A DNA stretch of 64,000 bases from Bacteroidales bacterium. GTDB taxonomy: Bacteria > Bacteroidota > Bacteroidia > Bacteroidales > P3. The notes below the pieces were generated by a model that worked only from the letters and a program-made list of their open reading frames with translations, was not told the origin of the DNA and searched no databases. This document shows, piece after piece, positions 1 to 12,800 of the stretch (the first letter of the stretch is position 1; each line of letters starts with the position of its first letter). A program made the position numbers and the translations under genes. The stretch spans positions 23,079-87,078 of the forward strand of contig JAEENM010000147.1 in assembly GCA_016283745.1 (NCBI GenBank). The letters are read 5' to 3'.

Positions 1-786
1 TTGGGCTTGGCCGTAGTTGTAGCCGAAATCCTCCCACCTAACGTTGCCGCCTCCCACGTCGCGGGCGTATTTGTAAATCTCGGCCAAGCGGTTGTACTCG
101 AAAGGATTGTTGGCGAGGTTTTGGCACAGCTCTTCAAAAGAGAGGTCGTGAATCTGCCCCACACAGGAGCAGTCCCACCCGCGGAAGTCGCGCATATTGG
201 CATCGATAAAGAAATTGTTGGGTTGCACGTAGTCCGTCCAGCAGTCCATACGGTCGTTGCGCCAGCCGTAGCTCTTGCGGTGTACGATAAGGCTGCCTAT
301 GAGGTATTCCTCCAAAGAGCGGGCGTTGATGGCATTCATGCGGTTCATCTGCCAGTTGTACTGCAGCACGGTACTCATCGTCTCGGCCTGCTGTTGCTCA
401 TCCCGGTCGCGGGCTATGCAGGTGGGTTCGGTGGCCTGTTGGCGGTACACGCCTATCACGTTGCGCACAAGTCGGCGTATGAGGTTGGTTTTCAGCGGCA
501 CGTTGCCCTGTTTTTTAATGTATTCCTCCTCGGTCATACGCTGCCCGTCCACACACACTATGTCGCTCCACTGGTCGCCGTAGGTGTAGCGTTTGTTGCG
601 TTCCCTGTCTTGGCGGTAGCGGTACATGGCCATATAGTGCTGTTGCGCTTCGAGGAGTATCTGCTGTCCTCTTGCGCGGTCGTTGCTGTTGACGGCACGG
701 CTCCGCACGAGGCTGTCGGGACTTTCGCGCCCGTCCTCCGGCCGTACGGTCACGTTGCTCAATCTATGCAATACTAATACATCCAT
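1..786 (-). CDS. Phage portal protein-like, N-terminal 262 aa (gene continues beyond window start)
   Basis: Not in the ORF track. My own translation of the minus strand from ATG at 786 gives MDVLVLHRLSNVTVRPEDG...YRYRQDRERNKRYTYGDQWSD...NWQMNRMNAINARSLEEY..., with no stop down to position 1. The R-x-x-K-x-x-Y-x-G-DQW-D pattern resembles the N-terminus of P22-type portals (P22 gp1: AKNDLFFSRVSQWDD). The plus-strand ORF 1..777 is its V/A/H-rich shadow. Confidence 0.5.
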   Translation of the reverse strand, partial: MDVLVLHRLSNVTVRPEDGRESPDSLVRSRAVNSNDRARGQQILLEAQQHYMAMYRYRQDRERNKRYTYGDQWSDIVCVDGQRMTEEEYIKKQGNVPLKTNLIRRLVRNVIGVYRQQATEPTCIARDRDEQQQAETMSTVLQYNWQMNRMNAINARSLEEYLIGSLIVHRKSYGWRNDRMDCWTDYVQPNNFFIDANMRDFRGWDCSCVGQIHDLSFEELCQNLANNPFEYNRLAEIYKYARDVGGGNVRWEDFGYNYGQAQ

Positions 787-809
787 TGTCTGTGTCGTTT
801 ATAGGGTTG

Positions 810-817
810 CAAAGATA
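810..817 (-). promoter_or_regulatory. Bacteroidota-type -7 promoter box TATCTTTG upstream of the portal-like gene
   Basis: Plus strand caaagata is TATCTTTG on the minus strand and matches TAnnTTTG. It lies 24 nt upstream of the ATG at 786, in the 68-nt gap after the giant ORF stop. Confidence 0.5.
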
Positions 818-854
818 CGCCCTCGCAACCCTTTTGTGTGCTTAACTTGCGAAA

Positions 855-3800
855 TTAGTTGCTTTGGTAATTGAGAATTGAGTTTACGTCCTCGCCTTTC
901 TCGTATCTGTGAATTGCATCAATCAACTCGCGCAGATATTCGTAGTATTCATTTTCGCTCGCTTTGTATATTTCCGCATCTTCGGCTTCTTTCATAGCCT
1001 TGTAAGCTCCGTCGATGTCTTTCTTGTATTCGTCGAAAATGAGGTAGCGGCCATACTCTTTGGAGTTTTCGAGGTAGTCCAGCTTCTCGGCATATTTCAG
1101 CACACCCTCGTTCGCTGCGTTCTCATATTTCTTTAGCAGACGTTTTGTTTCCTCGTATTCTGCTTTGAGGTTGAAGAACTCGTTTTGCAGTTTGCGGTTT
1201 GCCGTGCGTTCGTCGCCGGACTTGACAAGGCGGTTGGCCATTATCATATTTTTCCATTCAAATTCTCTGTCGCCAAAAGCGGTTTCAGCCATCTTTACAA
1301 GTTGGTTAGGTACTTTGAAATAACCACCCAAATATCCGTTAAGGACGTATTCCACTTTTGAGGGGTTGATGTCGATAGCACCTTTCTTGAAATCGTCGCC
1401 GCCCGTAAGTTCGTTGAGCCAACGGCTTGCACCCACGATATTCTTGTCGGCGCTCTTGTAGGCTTTTGTAAATTCGGGGTCGTTCTGGTTGTAGGGTGTA
1501 TCTTTGTAGATTGGCAGACCTACCCAGCTTTTGTTGCTCGAAGCCTCGACAATAGGTTTCACCTGACTTGGTATAAAGGCGTGCCATCCTCCGCCACCTT
1601 CCATAAAGTCGAGGGGCAGGATTTGGCTTCCTTGGCTTATAATCTGTCTTGCCGTTTCGCCTTTGCTGTAATGTTCCTCGCCCGTGATAACACCCGTGGC
1701 AAGTTCGCCCATGCCGTAAATGGCTCTAAACTCTATCGGCAACGGTATTGTTATCCATTGGTCGCCTGCACCAATACAGATGTTGCTTCGGCGCACATAT
1801 TCGGGCAGGTTGTAGTAGGCGTTTTTATCGTCGTCATCGTCATCATCACCGCCCCACAGTGCTTTTGCAATCAGAGGTATTACAGCACCCAACGTAAACA
1901 TTGCAGCTGCACCGGCCGTAAACTTTGCAGGGTGCCGTTTGGCGGCGCGTCCGAAGTTTGTCATACCTTGCAAACCTGCATTCCAGAATACATACAGCAA
2001 TCGGCCTGCACCGCTCAGATACGAGCCAAGTTTGCCCGCTTTTGTCTGTCCTGTGGCTCCGACCATCTTGTCGCCACTGCCTTTTTTGTTGAAATTCACA
2101 CTCACCTCTTTTGCGTCGTAAATGCTTCGTTCCAAACTGCGTCCCATCTCCATTGATGTGATGAAAGCGGCAAATCTCGCACAGTTCTCCACGCTCTCGT
2201 TCAGCAAGTCGAGCTGTTTGCCCAAAGCAGACCATACCTGCCGTGTGGTGCTACCCTGACGTTTCAGCTCACGGGCTATCTCGCGTTTATGTGCCTCGAT
2301 GTCCCTGATGTTGGTATAGCCTGTTTCGCCACCGTTCAACATAAATTGTTTGAACATGTATTCTATTGGCTTGCTGTCGTCCAAAGTGCCTTTGTTCCAT
2401 TTACCGAACAACCAGCGCATGGTGGCAGGGTTGAACTTGCCGAAATTTTTGTGGAAATTCAGCGCATAGTTGCCGCCCTCTTTAACCCACGTCATGCAGT
2501 TGGAGTAAAGCATATCACGGAAGAAGTTGGAGACAACGAAGTTCGGGTCTCTCGTTGTGTAGAAAGCACTCAGCTGGTGATTGACAAACTGCGCCGTTTT
2601 CATTGCACCGCCGATAAAACCGCCCGTCTTAACATCGGGGTTTGTAAGTCCGTTCAACGCCTGCGCCGCCCTCGGGTTGCCGTTTATGGTAAGAACAAAC
2701 GTCTCGCCGTTACGTTTCACCAGCACTTGGTGTTCGTTGCGGTTTTCGGGCAACACCCGGTAGGGGAAATTCTTTGCGTCCATGCCGCTCTTGTATTCCT
2801 TGGGGTGTTGCTCTGCAAGTTGTTGCATCTTTGTTTCAAATTCTTCAACCTTGCGTTCCACCTCTACAGGTGTATCATCGGCCTCGATGTCGGGGAACAC
2901 CGGCACCCAGTCGCCCGTTGCGGCGTCTTTGTGCAACCACAATTTGCTGACACTTACAAGGTCGCTCGGGTGATTTTCAACGAAATTCAAAAACAGCTTT
3001 TTCATCTCGTTGCGGTTGGCCTGCTGTATGGCCTTGTCCGCCATCAGTGCGATGGTGGCTATCGGGTCGTCGGCTTTGCTTGTACGCCCCTCTGCGTGTT
3101 TTATCGGACTGCCGAATGGTCCCTTACGGCTTGTAAGATAGCCGTAAACCTCGTCGCTTGTGGTTTCGTCGAAACCCTGCAACGGTATGTAGTAGTCGAA
3201 TTGGTCGCGTATCTGCTCGTAGCTCTCCTTGCTCAACAGACCGCTGCGGTAAATCTTGGCCAGCGTTACGCCCGTGGCTCGTTTGGTGGCCTCCCACAAA
3301 AGGGTTACGTCGTGCGTTGCCTCGTATTCGTCAACCATCATCTGCGCCATCGCTTCGGCTGTGCGCACGTCAGACTCGCCCGTCAATGCGGTGAGACCTG
3401 CATAGTCTCTGTCGCGGAAATCGTCTATCGTCTTGTTGGTGGCCGGGTATTCCTTTTGATATTCGGCAAAGTCGCGTTCGGCAAACTTTTGGTTGCGTTC
3501 CAACCCGTGTTTCGCCATCATATAGTCGGTAAGTTCCTGCCGTGCGGCCTTGTTACTGCCCGCTATAAGATGTATCGCCTCTAACAGCGGTTTCATATAA
3601 TGTATGAAATAATAATGCTGTTCGGCTGCGTTGGTACTCGACATGCGGTTTTCGGCAAGATAGGCGTTTTCGTTGCCTGCCACTTCCTCAATTCTGAAAT
3701 CCTTGCCTGCGCCGAGTATGGCCTGCATTGCTTTACGCAGTCCCAGCATGCTGTCCTGCATTGCCTCTTGGAACTGATAACCGCCCGTTGCAACCATACG

Positions 3801-6800
3801 CTCGTATTCGTCCCGTGCAATGGCTCTGTCGCGGTCGGTGAAATTGTCACCGTCGTCCTCATCGCGGAAATAAACCTCGCTGTCCTGCTCGTTGCTTTTT
3901 TGCACGGGGTAGGGCTTGGGGGTGCGGCGTTCGTATTCTGCCACATCTTCCGACACTTTGTCGGCGTCTATCGGCTGACCGTCGCTTACAGCGACACGAT
4001 GTCCGGCATTGAAGAGTTTATGCAGGTATCCGTCCAAATCCCTTTCGGGAAAACTAACCACGTACACACCGCCCTTTTCTTTAGTTTTTCTCAAAACGAT
4101 TCCCAGCAGTTTGGCAACTCTTTCTGCGTCCTCGCCATACATGCTGTAAAAACCTTTGCCGTCGGACAGCATCACCAAATCGTTGGGGTATCGCTCTTTG
4201 AGCTTTCGCCATGTTTGGTTTTCGGGAGTGCGCTTGCGTGTCTCCTCTTTCTCCATCTCCTTGCGCAGACGTGCGGCTTCCTCGTTGTTCAGCCCCATAT
4301 CCTCGATAATCTCCTCTTTCTCCTCGGCTTCGGATTTCTCCCACCAGCCACGACGTTCCTCTGCAGGTTGCTCAAAGTCGCCGACTTTCAGTTCCTCTTG
4401 CATAACAACATCTTCGGCTGTGCGCACAAAGTCGCGGAAACGTCCGGGGTATTTCAGTCTTTGGTAGCTGCTCCACAACACATAACGCAGTTCGTTCTCA
4501 CCGATAGAGCCGTAAAACCATCTCTTGATTTTAAGGCCTATCTTGCTCATCATCTCCCAAAACAGGTCTTTGATTTTCTGCCACGACCAAAATTGTTCTG
4601 GAAGTTCATCGGAGTTTCCGCCCAATGTGTCGTATCTCAAATCGCTTTCCATGCCCTCGGCCATTGTGGCAAGGTATTCCTCGGTGGCACGGCGGAAATC
4701 GTAGTTGTATTTGTCGCGGGCAAGTTTGGTTATCGCACGGCGTATCTCAGGCTCGCTGTGATCGTACACGTTGTCGAGGAAATCGTCGAAATGCTTGCCG
4801 AACATCTTACGCAGTCCGTAGTGTCCTGCTCCCTCGTGAAGTATGGTTCTGAGAACATCGCCACGGCTGTGGTGGTTGTCGAGGATAACGACGATTTTGT
4901 TTGTCTTGGGGTCGTACCAGCCTCTTTTTTTGCGGCGTTTTTCCCGTTCTTGTTCGGTAAGCCCTTGTACCTCGTCGATAGTTTCTACCACCTGCACATC
5001 GTCGGTGAGATTGAGTTTCGCCACTGCGTCGGCTATGAATTTGCGTGTGTAACGTCTGGAGCGTTCTATGAAAGCATCGTGTTGTTTCTTGGTGTAGCCG
5101 AAACGCCGTGCGGATGCAAGGCTCTCCTCGTAGGTGCTTAACCAAGGGTCGGGGGGTGTTGTGTCCTCGTCGCGGTAAACAGGGGTGTCGGTTTCTTCCT
5201 CGCTCGCTTCTTCCGCCTCGGTAACTTCTGTAGCAGCGTCCACTTCAGCGTCCACTTCGGCATATTTCTGTTCTTTTTCCGCCATCTCCTTTTTCATCAA
5301 CTCGGAATATTCATCAAATCTCCTATGGGCGGTTTCCAACTCTTTTGTAAACTCAAACGGTTTGCCCTCACGCGCTTTTACCTGCTTTAACGATTCTTGT
5401 GTTTTGGCAATAGACTGTTTTAGCTTTTCAACACGTTCTGCAAATTCTTTGCCACTTACAACATTTTCGAGAATATCCTCCAATCCCACACGGAGCAACG
5501 ACTGTTTAACCGGCGTGTCCTCCATGCCGAGTTCCTCGCAGTCGTATGTCATTTTACGACGTATGGCATTGAACAAATTGCCTTGTTCCGATGCGGTTTC
5601 GTAACTTAATTTTGTGTTGAAAGTAAAATTAAACCCTCCAACATTGATTTTTATAGTAAGTTTCTTTTCTGATGTTCCATAAGGATTTTCACGTATGGAG
5701 TTCTCCGCTTCTTTGACTTTCTTGTTAAACTCTTTGATAAAGTCGGCCAACGCCTCAATGTTGGGATATGTTTTTCCGTCAATAACAATTGCCGGGGATT
5801 GTCCTTTGTGTTGTTCTTTTGATTGTTCTACTTTTTGGCTTGCCTCCTCGGCTTGTTTCAGTCGTCTGTCGTAATTTCGTAACGTGCTTTCAAGCCTCGG
5901 TATTTCATTATGGCAATAAGTTTGGTCGGCTTCCCATTGTTTTTTCTTGTTTTCGTATTTCCGAACATCTTTTTCTGCTTGGTTTTTCAACATCGCATAC
6001 TCCGAACCTGACAATTGAGCCACAGTATCGCCGAAAACATCTTCCTCTTCTTCAATGGCGCGGTTTTCCATGCTGTTTTCAAGCATTTGTTTGCCATTCA
6101 TAATACTATCGGCTATCGCTCCTTTTGTTTTTAGTCGCTGATAAGCTGTTACATCAAGGCTATCCTCAACACCAAAACGGAGCACACGCACGGGTATTCC
6201 CATTTCTTTGTGTAAATTTCCCTGCCTCAAAATTCGGCCATTACGTTGTGTGTAGTCCATTGGACGGTTAGGCGCATCAAGATGTATGAGTGTGTGCAAA
6301 CGTTCCTGTATATTCACGCCAGTACCGAGTGTAAAGGTGCTACCCATTATAACACGCACCTCGCCGCGGTTTACCCTGTCAAATATATCAAGTTTTTTGT
6401 TGACACTCATTCCGCTTTTCATTACAACAATCTGCTCAGCAGGAATACCAGCCTCAATCAGTTTTTGTCGTATGTCCTCATAAAGATTGAAGCCGCTTCG
6501 CTTGTTTTGGTAATTGTCGGCAAATATCGCCACCGTGCCGTTATACGACTTGGTTTGTTCTAAACTATCCAATGTTTGGCGGACTGCCTCGTTGGTCTTG
6601 CTTTGAGGCTCGTCTATTGCATCGGAAACAACGAGGCGAGCATCAACAGCAGCAGCCTTGGCAATGCCGTACATTGTTAATGGGATATGGCGGTTTTTCT
6701 TTTTCTCTTTACCTGTCATATTGTCGAAGCGGTCAAGTTCTGCTTTCACATATTTCATTACCGCACGTAATGATTTTGTCTGTGGCAAATAAATATCCTT

Positions 6801-9800
6801 GGCCTTTCCTCCCTCCATTTCAGGTATCTTGTCGTTAACGCCACCAGCTTCTTTCGTAAGCACAGTATCGGCGACTCCCGACCATATACGCACAAGCTCA
6901 GGCAAATTCACATAACCAGCAAAACGGTTGTTTTCTTTAAACTTTCCACTGGTTGTAAACTCCAACATCTGTGTTAAGTTTCCGAAGTTGCGCACAAAGT
7001 CGTCGAAATAGTAAATGCCATAGTCTTTCATTGTATCCGCTGGCATAAGATAGCGCATGAAAGTCCATATTTCGGCCGCTGTGTTGCTAATAGGCGTGCC
7101 TGTGGCAAATACCACATTGCGACCGTTGTTTTTCTCCAACACAGCCTGTGTTTTCAAATACACGCCTTGCGCTTTTTTGCTATACGACGGGTCAATACCT
7201 TTAACGCCACGTTGCATTGCTGTTGCAAATCCAAGGTGTTTGTATTCGTGCGCCTCGTCAACCAATAATGCATCTATACCCATATCGTCAAAGTTCTCAA
7301 CATTGTCTGTCATTCTGTCGAGCATTTCGAAGGCTTTGACTTCTGCATTTTGACGAATAATAGCGTCTTTTTTCTCGTCGCGCTCTTTTTTCTTTTTACT
7401 CGTCGCGGCGGTTAATTCGGTCAGCTCTGCTTGTAAATCGTTTATTTCCCTCTCTGCTTGTTTTACAATCCAGCTGCTTCCGTCAATATCTTCGTCTTGG
7501 AGCAATTCAAGGGCTTTTTCTTTTTCCTCTATTTTGTCCGCCACAAATGCCATTTGCCGCTCCTCGCTGTCGGGTATTCTCTCAAATACCGACTGAGGTA
7601 CAACAATCATATCCCAGTCGTTGTATTTGATTTTTGCATAGAAATTTTTACGGCCTTCTTCATCGTGTTCTTTGTCGTCAATTGTAAGCACTTTTGCATT
7701 GGGGTACAATTTTTTTGCACTTTCAACAAATTGTCCTACTGTTGAGTTCTGAACAACAATCATTGGTTTGCGAGCAGTGCCGAGACGACGCATCTCCATA
7801 GCCGCTGTTATAAGTGTATAGGTTTTGCCTGTTCCCACTTCGTGTGCGAGCAAAAGGGGCTGTGTAGTAGCTCGAACAGCGGCCTTTCCTTGGTGCGGAC
7901 GTAATGAGAATGGCTTATTATCCACAATTGTAGCAGCACCTCCGAAATGTTTGGGAACATATTCCTCGGGAATGCTTTTAGGAACAAAGTTGTTAAACTT
8001 TTCGTTGTATATCTGCTCTATTTGTTCACTAAATGCTGGCTCACTTAACATTTTCGCCTTCGCCCAATCCTTAAAGTCTTGGCGAATTTCATCAACTTTG
8101 TTTGCGCATGCACTTGTGGCATCGGAGTCGGTTATTGTTTCACGCTTGCCATCCCATGTTTTTCGCGTTTCACTCACTGTGATTGCGCGGTTGGTCATTG
8201 CAGCTTCGATAAGTTCCGTGCCTAAGATTGTTTTGTTCAGCTTTTCGCTCACCACTCCCATCGCACGATTCTTTTCCTCGTTTCTCCAATGTGGCTTTCT
8301 CATAAACCAAGTGCCATCCACATTGACACATTTTACATCAATATCAGTGCGTTCTTTAATGTATTCTTCGTAAAGTTCGGGGGTAATCCATGACGAACCA
8401 ATGCTAAAATCAATCAAATGTGCCGGTATGTTCATCGGAATCACATTTTCCAATGCTTTTATATTGGCACTATATTTACCCTCTTGCCCCTCTACGCCAT
8501 TAGCTTCATTGGCTTGTTGTAGTTTTTCGCGCACATTTCCGCTTAAATACTCATAACTCACCTCCATCTGCGTTGTAGCAGGGTTTTCAAAACCAAGTCC
8601 GCTGTTTATGATTTCCTCCCGCACCTCTTTTTCGGATATTGGCTTACCTGTGCTTTGTGTTATTTTTTCAGCAATCCATGGCAAGTCAATACGTCCGTGC
8701 ATATAAATGCTTGCCGTTATGCCATCTTTGACGTTGGTCGGCGACGGCGTTTTTTCTTTTTCAACTACTCTTTTGCTAAATATATCGGTTTTTCCGTATT
8801 CAGCTATCCGCTCGCCCGTTTTAACATCGATACGTTCGTTGTATTTTTCAAGTGCCAAAATATTAGCGAAATCCACATCATTTTTCAAAAATGGAATAGC
8901 CATGTTTTTGTGCAGGCGACCATACACATTTACAAAATTGTCGTAAGCGTTGTTTAGTTCATCGAGTAGGGGTTTCAGCCCGTCGTTTTCTTCGTGTGTT
9001 GTCTGATATTCCAACACTGCCGAAAGAGCATCTTTTATTTTTTTGTATGAATTAAAACATTCTTCCTTTGTATGACCTTTGACTTTGTTTTTGTTCAGAT
9101 TTAACGGCACTGCCTGCCCGTATCGAGCAACACACAACTGTCCGTTACTAACAACCATGCTGCCCTCTTTGACATCATCGCCGAGACTTTCATAAACTTT
9201 GTTGTTATTGGCCTCAATGCTGACAGGAGCGGCAGCTTCGTCGTCAAATCCTTGTAAACTTTGCACAAACGATTGCAGACGTTCGTTTTGATTAACGCCT
9301 CTTTTGGGGTACAAGCCCTTGCTCGTCGGCCTGTAATTGTCGCCACGTTCAAAACCAAACGCCATTTCGCCACCCATCATTTCGGGGTGTTGCACAAAAT
9401 ACTTGTTGTAATCCATTGATAGATTTTTAACAACGCGTATCTCTTGGCCTTTCACTTTCTTTGTTTCGCCCGTATCGTATTCTGCGACTCGTTCGCCGGT
9501 TATCGGGAGTACGTCGATGGCGTGTGCCGACTTTTTGCCGTTCACACGTTTACGTATCACGATAATATCGCTCGTTGCCGCTGTACCGCCAAACGTCTCG
9601 TTGTTGAGGCGGAAAGCTCCGACAACATCGGCGTTGCCCTCGCTTACAAGCCAGTCGCGCAATTTTTGGGAATTGTCCAATGTTCCGCTCGAAGTGATGA
9701 AAATTCCAATACCGCCATCCCGCAGTTTGCGCACATTTTTCGCAATACAGAAATCGTGTATGTCGTGGAATTTTTTGCTCAAATCCTTGTCGCCCGTCGT

Positions 9801-12800
9801 GTCGTTCACGCGCAACCCTGTAACAAAAGGAACATTTGTTATGCACAAATCCACACTACCGTTTTTCACTTGGGTTGCCTCAAATCCCTGCACCTCAACC
9901 TTTGCATCAGGGTATAATAAGGAAAGGATGTTGCCAGTGGTTTGGTCAATTTCAACGGCATGGATGTTGCTTCTTTCGCTCATATCCTGCGGCATAAGCC
10001 CGATGATATTGCCTATTCCGGCACTGCCCTCCAACACATTTCCGCCTCTAAATCCAAGCGCGCGGGCAATATCCCAAAGTGTGTCAATGATATGTGCAGG
10101 GGTGAAAAAAGCACTGTTGCGGCTCATATTGGCCTGTTCGTAGCCTTCATCTCCTAATAAGTCGCGCAGTCGTCCGGCGGTGGTTTTCACACCGTCTATT
10201 TCGGTTAGGTTGCTAAAGGCTTTTCCAAGTCCGCCCCAACCGCTGTATTTACGCAACACAGACATCTGTTCGGGAGTGGCTTTTTGGCCGCTCTCGACAA
10301 GTTGCTGCATTAGTTCAATAGCCTTGATATTAGCCTCTATACGGGCATCAACACCCTTGGGGGCGTAGTCCGTGCCACGCTCCGCATGGTTGTTGTTGAG
10401 GTTGCGTTTGGACTGCTCCGACTCTATGCGTTGCTCGCCCGCAGGTAGTTTAGATACTCCCACGCCTCCGACTCCGTCATTACCAGAATCGTACTTATCA
10501 CGTCCACCCACTCCTCGTCCGTCAGGTCGCTCAGTTTCATTCCCTGTGCTTCCTCCCATCGGTTCATTCTGCTGAGGTTGGTATCCTCCTCGCCCGGTTT
10601 CGCTGGTGCCAGTTTGTACGTTAGTGTTCTCATCGTTTTTGGTTTTTATTTGACTTCCACCAAACAAATCGAGTTGGTTTCCGTTTTGCAAAGATACGGA
10701 TTTTTTTTCGTTTTCTTTGCGGTTTTCGTTTCTTTTTTTCTTAATTTTTTCGGTGGCTTGCTCTGCCTCTTTCTCAACCTCCTGCTCGCGCACTATTGTG
10801 GCGGCTGTTTTTACAAGGTCTTTCGCTCCCTCTTTGTCGAAATTCTCCACATCAAAGGCGCTTACCTCGTCGTAGGGGGTTAGCTCCTTTGCATAACTTT
10901 CCATTTCGGGCAAATCACGAGCACCGTTGTAAAACGATTTAAGGTATGGGCGTACTGCGTCGCCTAACGCCTCTATCATTTTCTTGGCGAAGTCGGCGAA
11001 TTTTCTTGCACCGTGTTTTATTACAAGGTAGCTCATTTCCACACCTGCAGAGAACGCTTCGGGGTCAAACCCCATATTCAGCTGTCCGCCCAGTTTCTTA
11101 CGCAGCATTTCTTTCAGCTCGTCGAAACGTGCCTTGTCCTCATCGTCCACCCAGCTGCTGCCTTTCGGCTGTTCTTCGGTCTGCTCTTGTTTGGGCTGTT
11201 CCAGCTCGGTGGACTGCTCTTTGGTTTCGGGGGACTGACTTTGCTCGGCCTCGTTATTGGTCTCTTTGATGTCCTGCAACGAAAGCGGCTGCTCGTCCGC
11301 CACCTTTTCCTTGTCGTTAAGTGCTTCGGCGAGTTGTTTTGCACTTTCCTCGTCGCGCATCATAAAACCGCCACGGTCTCTGTCGTACCAGCCACGGTTT
11401 TGTTTGGCAATCTCCTTGCCTGCCGCGAGTTCGCCCTTTGTAAGTTCACGGCCAAAGGTTACAAGGTGCATATCCAGCACTTTGTTGCGCTTGGTGGTGT
11501 ATTGTGCAGGGGTGATGGTGTAGTTTTTTTGTTCTGATTCTGTGTTATTTGCAATATTTTTTTGGTCAGTTTCAGAATTTTTCGTATCTTTGCCGGAGAA
11601 ATCCCCGACAGACGGATATTGAGAGGAATTAGGCCTCTCCAGAAGTGCCGCTTGTTGGGGATTGATGTTTTCACTTCTGTATATTTCCTCTTCAAAACCA
11701 GTTATTCCACCGTCTTTTCCGAACACAGTCGAAATTGAGTTAATTTCAAGGACGGGTTTGTTTTTGCCCTGATTAACTTTTTTAACATCTACGCCGACAA
11801 CTACAAATCCTTTTCCTTTTGGAATGATTGTGTATAATCGATAGCCTTTTAGGTTTTGATGGTTTTTGTCATCAAAGTATTTAGTTATCGCAAAGGGTTT
11901 TGTAATTGCGTCTTGTAATTGTTCCCACTCCGATTCTGATAGTTCGTGTTCTGCATCTTTTCCGAAATGGCGAGAAATAGTGCCGTATGAAACCGTGAAT
12001 TTTTCCCCACTCACACCGAGTTCTTTCATAAACTCTGGTGTCTGTGCTACATCAAAGAAAGAACGTTGGTATATTCTACTTGCAAACGTCTTCCCCTTTT
12101 CAGCCAATGTTTTTATGACATCGGTTAGGCTTGGTTTGCTTTTTGCCGTACTCTCCCCGCCCTCGGTGAGTTCGATGGGTTGGGGTGCTGACGATTCCGT
12201 CCGCATATCGGAACGCAATCCAGTTCTGATATACTCTTGGTCTTTATCATCATCCACGTATCTGTCTTGATAAAGATGAGTGATGTAACGGTTGGCAAGC
12301 ATTATAGGGTCGTTGCCCTCGTAGTCGTCAATTTCTTCCGAATATGTGTCATCAGTATCTAACCCCTCCGACACGTATTGTTTCAAATCATCGACAGCCT
12401 TTTGGATGGCCTCTTTGTCATTGTTGGCATAACCGTCTGCCAACGCTTGGCGCAAAGACCTAAAGCGTTCTAACTCCACTTTAGGTTTCAAAAATGCACC
12501 TTCTCCCTCTATTTCTTCGTCGGCCTGCTGAACTTGCGTACCATGTATTTCTTCAACAGTTCCGTCTGGCTCTGTTCCTCGTCCTGCTGGTTCAGCTCCT
12601 GCATCGCTCCCATCAGCAACGCCATCTTCCTGTACGCCCGTTTCTCCTTCTCGTTCTTGTAGGGCATTTCGTTTGCGTTGCTCGTCGGCTGCGTCGAGGG
12701 CTGACTGTTGTTCTTGTTTTGTTCCATAATTTAATATTTCTTCTACTTCTTTGTAAATCTCTTCTTTCGTCTTAATAACGCCGGAAAACATATCATATTG

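Noticed and set aside
1-777. Plus-strand ORF of 258 aa at the window start
   Set aside because: The composition is V/A/H/G-rich with no recognisable motif. The opposite strand gives a clean portal-like translation with a promoter box, so this is an antisense shadow.
4821-4838. HEGAGH as a canonical zincin HExxH active site
   Set aside because: The spacing is HExxxH. It is reported only as a possible peptidase-like segment with low confidence.
10685-10700. TATCTTTGCAA promoter-like box inside the giant ORF (plus strand ttgcaaagatac)
   Set aside because: It lies within continuous coding sequence with no downstream start context, so it is probably a chance match. An internal promoter cannot be excluded without TSS data.
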